Assembly: GCA_016200745.1 (NCBI GenBank)
Contig: JACQEF010000145.1
Span: 1-34,207, forward strand
Length of the DNA stretch: 34,207 bases
Direction: 5' to 3'
Origin: Chloroflexota bacterium
GTDB taxonomy: Bacteria > Chloroflexota > Limnocylindria > Limnocylindrales > CSP1-4
The notes beneath the pieces are model-generated. The model had not been told where the DNA came from. It ran no database searches and saw nothing but the letters and a program-made list of their open reading frames with translations. The stretch's first letter is position 1; the number at the start of each line of letters is the position of its first letter. The position numbers and the translations under genes are program-made. Positions 18,344 through 26,474 of this stretch are shown here, piece by piece.

Positions 18344-18369
18344 GTTAGCGTTCCCGTTACCGCTAACGG
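18344..18369. promoter_or_regulatory. candidate LacI-family operator(s) in the divergent ara/regulator intergenic region
   Basis: CCGTTACCGCTAACGG (18354-18369) is a 16-bp palindrome with 7 of 8 half-site matches. It overlaps a second inverted pair, GTTAGCG (18344-18350) / CGCTAAC (18361-18367). It lies 94 nt upstream of the LacI-type gene. Confidence 0.4.
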
Positions 18370-18462
18370 CAACTCGCGACACGCTAGCATTGCCGCGAGC
18401 CGGACGTCAAGATTCGGCGCGACGACCGACGCCGAAGATCGCCATGAAACGGAGCCCACCGG

Positions 18463-19515
18463 ATGAGCGCAAGACGGCGCCCGACGATCAAGGAAGTGGC
18501 CGCGGCGGCGGGCGTGTCCACGCAGACGGTCTCGCGCGTGATCAACAACCGCCCCGACGTCGCCCCCGAGACCTTCGAGCGGATCCAGCAGATCATCTCG
18601 GAGACCGGCTACTCCCCGAACATGTTCGCGCGGGGCCTCACCCAGGGCCGCAGCCACACCCTGGGCGTGGTCGCGTACGGCCTCGAGTACTTCGGCCCGT
18701 CGCGCGTCCTGACCGGCATCGAGCAGCAGGCCGCGGCCGTGGGCTACGCGATCTCCCTCAACCTCATCCACGAGCCCGAGCAGGCAGACGTCGAGGGACT
18801 GCTCGCCAGCCTGGTCTCCCGCCAGGTCGACGGGATCATCTGGGCAGTCCCCGACGTCGGCGACAATCGCGCCTGGTCGAACGCCGCCGGGAGCGATCAC
18901 CCCGTCCCGGTCCTGCTGGTCGGCGGCATGGGCGGCCAGTCCCTGCTCGGATCGATCGGGATCGACAATCGCGCGATCGGTCGGCTGGCGACGGAGCACC
19001 TGCTCTCCGGCGGGGCGCGCCACGTCGGGCTCGTCACGGGCCCCATGGACTGGTGGGAGTCCCGTGAGCGCCAGCTCGGCTGGCGCGAATCACTGCAGGA
19101 ACGGGGTCTGCCCGCGTCGGACCGGCAGATCGCGAACGGCGACTGGAGCGCGACGAGCGGCGAAGCCGGCTTGTATCAGCTGGTCGAGCAGGCGCCCGAT
19201 CTCGACGCGGTCTTCGCGTCGAATGACCAGATGGCCCTCGGCGTGATGCACGCGGCGCATCGGCTCGGCCGCCGGATCCCGGACGAGCTGTCCGTCGTCG
19301 GGGTCGACAACATCGCCGAGGCCTCCCACTTCTGGCCGGCGCTCACGACGGTCGACCAGCCCCTGCGCGACGCTGGCGGGCTTGCCGTGCGCGAGCTCGA
19401 CGGCGCGATCCGCCGCGCGCGAGCGGCGCGTCGCGGCCAGGACGGTGCGCCGGCCCCGAGGACGCTGCTCCAGCCGAAGCTCGTCATCCGCGAGAGCAGC
19501 CGCCCGACCCCCTAG
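18463..19515 (+). CDS. LacI-family transcriptional regulator, 350 aa (probable regulator of the adjacent arabinose genes)
   Basis: The N-terminal HTH PTIKEVAAAAGVSTQTVSRVINN is followed by the hinge YSPNMFARGL and a PBP-like effector domain. GGAG lies 8 nt upstream of the ATG. The gene is divergent from the ABC-araA operon. Confidence 0.9.
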   Translation: MSARRRPTIKEVAAAAGVSTQTVSRVINNRPDVAPETFERIQQIISETGYSPNMFARGLTQGRSHTLGVVAYGLEYFGPSRVLTGIEQQAAAVGYAISLNLIHEPEQADVEGLLASLVSRQVDGIIWAVPDVGDNRAWSNAAGSDHPVPVLLVGGMGGQSLLGSIGIDNRAIGRLATEHLLSGGARHVGLVTGPMDWWESRERQLGWRESLQERGLPASDRQIANGDWSATSGEAGLYQLVEQAPDLDAVFASNDQMALGVMHAAHRLGRRIPDELSVVGVDNIAEASHFWPALTTVDQPLRDAGGLAVRELDGAIRRARAARRGQDGAPAPRTLLQPKLVIRESSRPTP

Positions 19516-19904
19516 GCGATCCCCGTCCCGATGGCGGCCTGGATGGCCTCGTGAAGGCGGGCGCCGGTCGGCTGGCCCAGGAGCTCGGTCACCTTGTGCG
19601 GTCCGGCCGATTCCTCCCAGGACAGTCCCAGGCCCGGCGACGTCAGCACCACCGGCGTGTCAGGGTGGATGTCGCGGATGTTCTCGATGAGCTTCCGGGC
19701 GCCTTCGGCGTCGCCGCTGGCCCAGACGTCGTAGACGAGCACGTCGGCACGTTCGGCGAGGTCGCACGGGCGTCCGGCCAGCACCGGACAGACGTTGTGG
19801 GTCGGCCCGCTGCATTCGGTGACCTGATAACCGAAGCGACGGAGGGAGTCGGCCTCCTGGCCGCCCAGATCGAGGTCGTGATGGACGACGAGGACACGAG
19901 TCAT
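19512..19904 (-). CDS. stand-alone CheY-like receiver-fold protein with a degenerate acidic pocket, 130 aa
   Basis: The (beta/alpha)5-like pattern is RVLVVHHD.., ADVLVYDVW (Asp at the phospho-acceptor position), VVLTS, ..HKV. His-His replaces the usual Asp-Asp after beta1. GAGGTG lies upstream of the ATG at 19904. The longer ORF to 20267 is a read-through. Confidence 0.55.
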   Translation of the reverse strand: MTRVLVVHHDLDLGGQEADSLRRFGYQVTECSGPTHNVCPVLAGRPCDLAERADVLVYDVWASGDAEGARKLIENIRDIHPDTPVVLTSPGLGLSWEESAGPHKVTELLGQPTGARLHEAIQAAIGTGIA

Positions 19905-20050
19905 CTCACACCTCGGCACGCTGTGCCTGTTCCGGCCGATGCCGGCCGGCTCAGTCAGAGTGTGGTCGCACCCGAATCCCCGAACCGAGTGACGAAGGTC
20001 ACCCATTCCACGGGTCCTCCGGCCCCATCTCGGACCGGGTCGCCCGATCC

Positions 20051-20758
20051 TCAGCGCGGGCTCATCGGGAAGACGAGATCGAGCGACGTCGGGCCCCCGC
20101 GGCTGTCGTCCACCGCCCAGGACAAGTCCGCCTCGACGTCGACGATGCCCGGGACCATGCCCACCGCCCGCTCGACCATCTCGGCCGTGGAGCGCCGCTC
20201 GACTCGCCCGCTGATGGACGCCACGCCGTCGTGGACGGCGACCGTGAACTGCGCCGGGTCCAGCCACAGGATCCGCAGCAGGACATCCTCGCGGATCGTC
20301 ACGGCAAGCTCCTCATCCGAGCGAACGTAGGCGCGGACGAGATCCGCCCGGGTGACGATCCCGACGAGGCGGCCGTCGTCGACCACCGGCAGCCTGTTGA
20401 CGCCCCGAGCGGTCATCACCGCGGCCGCCTCCGAGATGTGGCGACCCGAGGTGATGGTCAACGCGGGTGCCGTCATCGCCTCGCCGGCGGTGAGCGCCCC
20501 GACCTTGGCCATCGTCGACTGGGACGCGCGCGACTCGCCGAAGATCCGCGCAAGGGGCCGGTGGTGGACGGCGCGGGCGCCCTGTTCCTTCATCAGGAAG
20601 TCACCCTCGGAGACGACCCCGAGGAGCGTCCCGTCATCGTCCACGACGGGCACCCCGCTGATCCGCCGCTCGATCAGGAGCTGCGCCACCTCCTTGAGCG
20701 GGGTCCAGGAGCGGACCGAGACCACGGTGCGTGTCATCACGTCGCCAACCGTCATCAT
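20051..20758 (-). CDS. CBS-pair plus BON domain protein, 235 aa
   Basis: There are two CBS motifs (VGDVMTRTVVSV...ISGVPVVDDDGTLLGVVSEGD and AGEAMTAPALTI...VNRLPVVDDGRLVGIVTRADL), followed by a BON-like C-terminus (VAVHDGVASISGRVERRSTAEMVERAVGMVPGIVDVEADL). The ATG at 20758 is the start. The 677-aa ORF in the track is a read-through artefact. Confidence 0.8.
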   Translation of the reverse strand: MMTVGDVMTRTVVSVRSWTPLKEVAQLLIERRISGVPVVDDDGTLLGVVSEGDFLMKEQGARAVHHRPLARIFGESRASQSTMAKVGALTAGEAMTAPALTITSGRHISEAAAVMTARGVNRLPVVDDGRLVGIVTRADLVRAYVRSDEELAVTIREDVLLRILWLDPAQFTVAVHDGVASISGRVERRSTAEMVERAVGMVPGIVDVEADLSWAVDDSRGGPTSLDLVFPMSPR

Positions 20759-20922
20759 CGCGATCACGTCCTTTCCGGGCCGGAGTACGAGGCTGACTGT
20801 CGTCCGGCACGGTCCGGCTGCGTAGGGCCATCGGTCACGTGGTCCCCTGCGGGTTGGCCTTGGCGGCGTCGTCCTCGAGGGCGGTCGGCCCGGCGGTCGG
20901 ACGCGGCCGCCGGGGCCCTGTA

Positions 20923-21408
20923 TCAGGCCGGGATCGTGACCGCGGCGCGGACGACGGGGATCTCCACCTCGGTGCGAACGTCGGCTGGGGTCACCCCCTC
21001 GCCCGGACCGTTCAGGTATCGCTCCCGGACGGGACCTGAGGCCTCGAAGCCGTTGCCCTCGATCCACTCGGTGAGGGCGCGATAGGCCGCGCCGAGCTCT
21101 TCGTACGGCCCCACGTGGAGCGTCCTGGCGACCGTCGTGGCAGGAATCTGGCGGGATCCGATGCGGCCGGTCGCCGTGGCTGGCCCGGCGATCGGCACGC
21201 ACACCTCGGCATCCATCTCCGCTGGCCCGAAGGCGTGGTAGATGACCAAGGGATGACCAGCCGGCGCTACCCCGAGGAGGCCAAGCCGGCCGTACAGTTC
21301 GGCGAACGCTCCCTGCAGGAACACCGGGACCTCGGCGGGTGCGATCCGGTCGCGGATCGAGAAGACGTCCTGCGGGCCGAGCTCGCGTGTCGCGATCACG
21401 TAGTCCAT
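20923..21408 (-). CDS. GyrI-like small-molecule-binding domain protein, 161 aa
   Basis: AGGAGG lies 8 nt upstream of the ATG at 21408. The duplicated beta-alpha-beta-beta pattern carries ..VFSIRDRI...FAELYG..., HVGPYEELGAAYRALTEWIEGNGFE..GPVRERYLN, typical of stand-alone GyrI-like/AraC-effector-binding domains. Confidence 0.7.
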   Translation of the reverse strand: MDYVIATRELGPQDVFSIRDRIAPAEVPVFLQGAFAELYGRLGLLGVAPAGHPLVIYHAFGPAEMDAEVCVPIAGPATATGRIGSRQIPATTVARTLHVGPYEELGAAYRALTEWIEGNGFEASGPVRERYLNGPGEGVTPADVRTEVEIPVVRAAVTIPA

Positions 21409-21768
21409 GGTTGGATCCTCCTGCGCTCGGGCGAGGCGCGGCGCCGCTCGCCGATCGGCACGTCGGCCGGGAGAAGAGCGAAGGGCCCAGACCCCCCAGG
21501 GCATAGAGCCCTCCGCTCGGCGTACTCGGACCTCGATCTCCGGCAGCCGTCGAGTGTCGCGCGGTCCGAGGGGCGGCACCAGAGCCATCAGGCACATTCG
21601 CCGTGCCGGGACGCCACAACGCGCAGGCTCGCCGGTCACGCCATCTGGCTCTGGCGGCGGGCCGCTGGACGGCCCTCGCCGCGCTGCCGGACTGACCGGA
21701 CGAGCGGCACGAGCGCGCTCGTGTTCGCCGTGTCAGCGGTCGAGGGCGACCTCCAACTCCTGAGGACG

Positions 21769-21778
21769 CCCCCCCCCC
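21769..21778. repeat. C10 (G10 on the minus strand) homopolymer tract
   Basis: Ten consecutive C residues lie 23 nt downstream of the DinB stop, flanked by CCGGATTCCGG. Confidence 0.9.
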
Positions 21779-21800
21779 GGATTCCGGACGCGGCCGGAGC

Positions 21801-22304
21801 CTACTCGGCCCGATCCCGCGGCCAGCTGCCCATGACCTGGCGAAGGACCGCGAACTCGCCGATGTGATAGGCGTTGTGGTCGCCGACGATTCGGGCCTCG
21901 CGCAGAATCGTGTGGCCGGGTGTGTTCGGGATGACCGCGAGAAGGTCCGTGACCGGATCTGCGACGATCGCCCGAAGCGCGGCGTTGTCCGCCCGGAAGC
22001 CCTCGATCGTGGCCGCGAACCGCTCGGGGGTGGCGATCGCGTCGCGCGCCGGCCAGTAGTCGTCGGGCCAGCGCGTCTCTGCATAGTCGCGGTTCACGAT
22101 GTAGTCGAGGATGTCCCATTGCGTGATCCGCAGGTGCTCCAGGAGGTGCCACGGCGTGTACGCGACGTTGGGCGGGAACGCGTTCATCGCCTCGGCCGGG
22201 AACGACGCCACGGCGGCGTCGAATGTCATGCGCGCGTCGTGACCCTCGAGGAGCGCCAGGAGCTGGGCGCGCAGTGGGTCGGTCGAGACCAGGGTATCGG
22301 TCAT
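21801..22304 (-). CDS. DinB-family (DinB_2-like four-helix-bundle) protein, 167 aa
   Basis: TPWHLLEHLRITQWDIL and GDHNAYHIGEFAVLRQ provide the typical His triad and helix pattern of DinB-superfamily proteins. Confidence 0.8.
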   Translation of the reverse strand: MTDTLVSTDPLRAQLLALLEGHDARMTFDAAVASFPAEAMNAFPPNVAYTPWHLLEHLRITQWDILDYIVNRDYAETRWPDDYWPARDAIATPERFAATIEGFRADNAALRAIVADPVTDLLAVIPNTPGHTILREARIVGDHNAYHIGEFAVLRQVMGSWPRDRAE

Positions 22305-22381
22305 GTGCTTCCTCGCGGTGCGAGCGGTGCCGGAAGGCCATTGTCGGGCATCGGGCCGCCGATGCGGCGGCCGGGCGCTCT

Positions 22382-22410
22382 GGTATTTGTGCTACTCTCA
22401 CACAAATACC
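22382..22410. promoter_or_regulatory. perfect 10-bp inverted repeat (candidate XylR operator) upstream of xylA
   Basis: The site is GGTATTTGTG-ctactctca-CACAAATACC, 73 nt upstream of the xylA GTG and just upstream of an extended -10-like TGcTAGATT (22414-22422). It is the only AT-rich element in the DinB-xylA divergent region. A related copy lies at 29073-29101. Confidence 0.5.
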
Positions 22411-22482
22411 GGGTGCTAGATTCCCGGCTGTCGCCCAGGACCTGACGCAGTCCGCCCGCTGGGCGGGCAAGGAGGATCGGAC

Positions 22483-23832
22483 GTGGAGGAAGGGTTCTTC
22501 TCCGAGGTGACGGAGCCGATCCGCTTCGGCGGGATCGATTCGACGGATCCGCTCTCGTTCAAGGTCTACCAGCCCGAACGTTTGGTCATGGGCAAGCGGA
22601 TGGAGGATCACCTCCGGATCGGCGTGTGTCTCTGGCACTCCTTCGCGTGGGACGGACGGGACATGTTCGGCGTGGGGACGCTCGACCGGCCGTGGCTCGA
22701 TCCCGCCGCGGACCCGATGCCGGCGGCCCGCCAGAAGATGGCGGTGGCCTTCGAGTTCATCGAGAAGCTGGGCACGCCCTACTACTGCTTCCACGATCGC
22801 GACGTCGCCCCGGAGGGCGGCTCGTTCGCCGAGTTCCGCGACAATCTCGACGCCCTGACCGACGAAGCGCTGGGCTACCAGGAACGGACCGGGTCGACCC
22901 TGCTGTGGGGCACGGCCAACCTGTTCACGCATCCGCGCTACCAGGGTGGCGCGGCGACGAACCCGGATCCGGAGGTGTTCGCCTACGCGGCGGCCCAGGT
23001 CAAGCACATGCTCGAGGTGACCCAGCGGCTCGGCGGCACGAACTACGTCCTGTGGGGTGGCCGCGAGGGGTACGACACGCTCCTGAACACGGACCTGCGC
23101 CGCGAGGGCGCTCAACTCGCCCGCTTCCTCCATCTCGTCGCCGAGCACAAGCACCGGATCGGCTTCGAGGGGACGCTGCTCATCGAGCCGAAGCCGATGG
23201 AGCCGACGAAGCACCAGTACGACTTCGATTCAGCCACCATCCACGGCTTCCTGGTCCGGAACGGCCTCGAGGACGAGTACCGCCTGAACATCGAGGCCAA
23301 CCACGCCACGCTGGCCGGCCACTCGTTCCATCACGAGGTCGCCTACGCGGTCGCGAACGGCATGCTCGGCTCGATCGACGCGAACCGCGGCGACCCGCAG
23401 AACGGCTGGGACACCGACCAGTTCCCGAATTCCGTCGAGGACCTGGCGCTTCCCCTCTACGAGATCCTGAAGGGCGGCGGGTTCACCACCGGGGGCTTCA
23501 ACTTCGACGCGAAGCTGCGCCGCCAGAGCTCGAACCGGACCGACCTGTTCCACGCCCACATCGGCGGCGTCGACACCCTGGCGCGTGCGCTCCTGGTTGC
23601 CGCCGAGCTGATCGAGCGCCGGACGCTGTCCGGGCCGCTCGCCGAGCGCTACGCGGGCTGGGACGGCCCGCTCGGGGCGGCGATCCTCGAAGGTCACGAG
23701 ACGCTCGCGACGCTCGAGGCGAAGGTGGCGTCCGGCGAGATCGATCCCAAGCCGGTGTCCGGTCGGCAGGAGCAGCTCGAGAGCGCCGTGAACCAGGTGA
23801 TCTGGACGACCGATCAAGCCGCCCGGGGATAG
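22483..23832 (+). CDS. xylA: xylose isomerase, class II (long N-terminus), 449 aa
   Basis: The GTG at 22483 has AAGGAGG 7 nt upstream. Family motifs are present: FKVY.P...[86 protein letters not shown]. Confidence 0.95.
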   Translation: MEEGFFSEVTEPIRFGGIDSTDPLSFKVYQPERLVMGKRMEDHLRIGVCLWHSFAWDGRDMFGVGTLDRPWLDPAADPMPAARQKMAVAFEFIEKLGTPYYCFHDRDVAPEGGSFAEFRDNLDALTDEALGYQERTGSTLLWGTANLFTHPRYQGGAATNPDPEVFAYAAAQVKHMLEVTQRLGGTNYVLWGGREGYDTLLNTDLRREGAQLARFLHLVAEHKHRIGFEGTLLIEPKPMEPTKHQYDFDSATIHGFLVRNGLEDEYRLNIEANHATLAGHSFHHEVAYAVANGMLGSIDANRGDPQNGWDTDQFPNSVEDLALPLYEILKGGGFTTGGFNFDAKLRRQSSNRTDLFHAHIGGVDTLARALLVAAELIERRTLSGPLAERYAGWDGPLGAAILEGHETLATLEAKVASGEIDPKPVSGRQEQLESAVNQVIWTTDQAARG

Positions 23833-23856
23833 CCGCGAACAGTCACGAACGAGGAC

Positions 23857-24194
23857 TGCGTTCGTCGCGCCTGGGCGTCCGGGCGCGAGAGCCGTCCCTT
23901 TGGCGCCCGCAACCGCGTTCGTCGCGGCTGGGCGTCCAGGCGAAGGCGTCGCCGAGCACGTGAGCGAGCGCACTGCCGGTGCGTGAGCGAGCGCGCGGAG
24001 GCGGCAACGCACGCCTGGGCGTCCAGGCGCGACAGCCATCTCCTGTCAACCCGCAACCCCGTTCGTCGCGGATGGGCGTCCAGGCGAAGGCGCCGCCGAG
24101 CACGTGAGCGAGCGCACTGCCGGTGCGTGAGCGAGCGCGCGGAGGCGGCAACGGACGCCTGGGCGTCCAGGCGCGACAGCCGTGTTGACCGCCA
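23857..24194. repeat. structured intergenic tandem repeat: two 144-bp units plus one 57-bp deletion-derivative unit
   Basis: Units 23907-24050 and 24051-24194 differ at 4 positions over their first 131 nt by manual alignment. The core (C/A)TGGGCGTCC(A/G)GGCG occurs 5 times (23871, 23928, 24015, 24072, 24159) with alternating 57- and 87-nt spacing. Each full unit also holds a 13-nt direct repeat CGTGAGCGAGCGC twice, 23 nt apart. The array fills the gap between the convergent xylA and xylG. Confidence 0.85.
23866..23887 (+). terminator. hairpin 34 nt after the xylA stop (possible terminator; first palindromic core of the repeat array)
   Basis: CGCGCCTGG-gcgt-CCGGGCGCG forms a 9-bp stem including one G-U pair. 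It has no real U-tract (..cccuuugg), so its function as a terminator is uncertain. Confidence 0.35.
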
Positions 24195-24200
24195 CTCCCC

Positions 24201-25036
<836 letters not shown>

Positions 25037-25040
<4 letters not shown>

Positions 25041-26368
25041 CGCGAGCCTCGGTTCCGGAAGTAGGTGTCGACGCCGACGGCCGCGACGAGCACGGCGCCG
25101 ACGACGATGTCCTGGGTCGGCGAGTCGGCGCGCAGCAGGAGCATGCCCGAGCGGAGCGACTGCATGACCACCGCGCCGAGCACCGCCCCAGGGATGGTGC
25201 CGATGCCACCGGAGAACGAGGTGCCGCCGATGACCGCCGCCGAGAGGACGTCGAGCTCCGCCTGCGTCCCGAGGTTCGTCACGGCGGAGTTGAGCCGCGC
25301 GGTCTGGACCGCCGCGCTGAGCGCGGTGAGCATGCCCATGAGCACGAACGTGAGCGTGAGCGTCCGGCGGACGTTGATGCCGCCGAGCTCGGCCGCGTCG
25401 GGGTTGCCGCCGATCGAGAAGACATAGCGGCCGAATCGCCGGCGAGTCGCCATGTAGGTCATGACCAGCATGACGCCGAGCGCGATCAGCACCGGGTAGG
25501 CGATGCCGACCGGGATCACGAGGCCGCCCGGTGGCTCGGCGATGTTGTGGTCGATCGCGTACTGGTGCGCCAGCGCCTCCGGCCAGGCGTAGTTGTTCAT
25601 GACCAAGATGGCGACGATCACGGCCCCGCAGCCGAACGCGCCGATGATCGCCTCCGCCCAGCGCGGACGCGGCTGGAAGCCGTACTTGAGGCGTCTGCGC
25701 CGCCCGTTCACGAGCGTATAGATGATGCCCGCAGACACGATCGCGCCGAGGATCCAGCTCGCGACGTCGCCCATCGATCCGGTCGCCGGGGCGCCACCGA
25801 GCATCTGGTAGTTCTTGTCCATCGGGGCCAGGGTCTGCCCCTGCGCGTAGCGGAAGATGAGGGCGCGCCAGACCAGCAGCCCGCCGAGCGTGACGATGAA
25901 CGCCGGGACCCGGCCATAGGCGACGAGCACGCCCTGGAGCCCGCCGATGAGGGCGCCCAGGCCGATCCCGATCACGAGGGCGACCAGCCACGTGTACGGC
26001 TGGTCGAGCCCGAGACCGAGTGTCTTGGGGATCCACTCGACCTGGACCATGGCCATCGTGTAGCCGATGAACCCGAGCATCGAGCCGACGGACAGGTCGA
26101 TGTTCCGGGACACGATGATGAGCACCATGCCGGTCGCCATGATCGCCGTCGAGGCGCTCTGGACCGACAGGTTGAACAGGTTCCGCGGTGTCAGGAAGAG
26201 GCCACCCGACATGACGTTGAAGCCGATCCAGATCAGGCCGAGCAGGCCGATCATGCCCAGCAGCCGCATGTCGATCTCGGTCGACCGCAGGAGGCCCCAG
26301 AGCGAGGGTCCGGACGGAGGGGATTCCTCGCGCGTTACCTTCTTGGGAACGCTGGAAGCCTCAGCCAT
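25037..26368 (-). CDS. xylH: xylose-type sugar ABC transporter permease, 443 aa
   Basis: The multi-TM BPD_transp_2-like protein has a long XylH-type architecture ([12 protein letters not shown]..., [22 protein letters not shown]). Confidence 0.85.
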
Positions 26369-26406
26369 CCCGATGTCCCTCGCTGGATGTGGATTGGATG
26401 GATGTG

Positions 26407-26438
26407 CTCTGCGCCACGGGAGGACCCGTGGCGCAGAG
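26407..26438 (-). promoter_or_regulatory. intercistronic perfect 14-bp stem-loop between xylF and xylH
   Basis: CTCTGCGCCACGGG-agga-CCCGTGGCGCAGAG lies 37 nt after the xylF stop. On the mRNA strand it is followed by a 23-nt G-free tract, CACATCCATCCAATCCACATCCA, and then the xylH SD (GAGGGA). Confidence 0.6.
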
Positions 26439-26474
26439 CGGTGCGACTCGGTCGGAGGGTGAGCCCCGACCTAC

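Noticed and set aside
21409-21800. A riboswitch or sRNA in the DinB/GyrI-like gap. GGTCCGAG strings are reminiscent of guanidine-I (ykkC), and the C-rich tract is reminiscent of 6C RNA.
   Set aside because: The other conserved ykkC elements are absent (no CTAGGGTTCCG-like 5' part and no ACGG/GGGA context). The C10 tract is not the loop of any hairpin, as it lacks complementary flanks. No terminator-like 3' end is present.
20051-22084. 5'-extended versions of real genes in the ORF track: 20051..22084, 4799..6871, 6121..7434, 24201..26036, 30406..32778, 17021..18382, 19512..20267, 20923..21639 and 3919..4989.
   Set aside because: The extensions run through the upstream gene in another frame and are Arg/Pro-rich. 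Internal starts with SD sequences, start/stop overlaps and family-typical N-termini give the shorter coordinates I used.
23843-24151. A 102-aa repeat-containing ORF (-), and ORF 23983..24723 (+), across the tandem repeat.
   Set aside because: The composition is Arg/Pro/Ala-rich. There is no SD or plausible start context. The apparent internal protein repeat is simply the DNA repeat translated.
23857-24194. A possible CRISPR array, because the 15-nt core is repeated five times.
   Set aside because: The inter-core segments are themselves repeated (alternating 57/87 spacing within a 144-bp period). The cores are too short. There are no cas genes or leader in the window.
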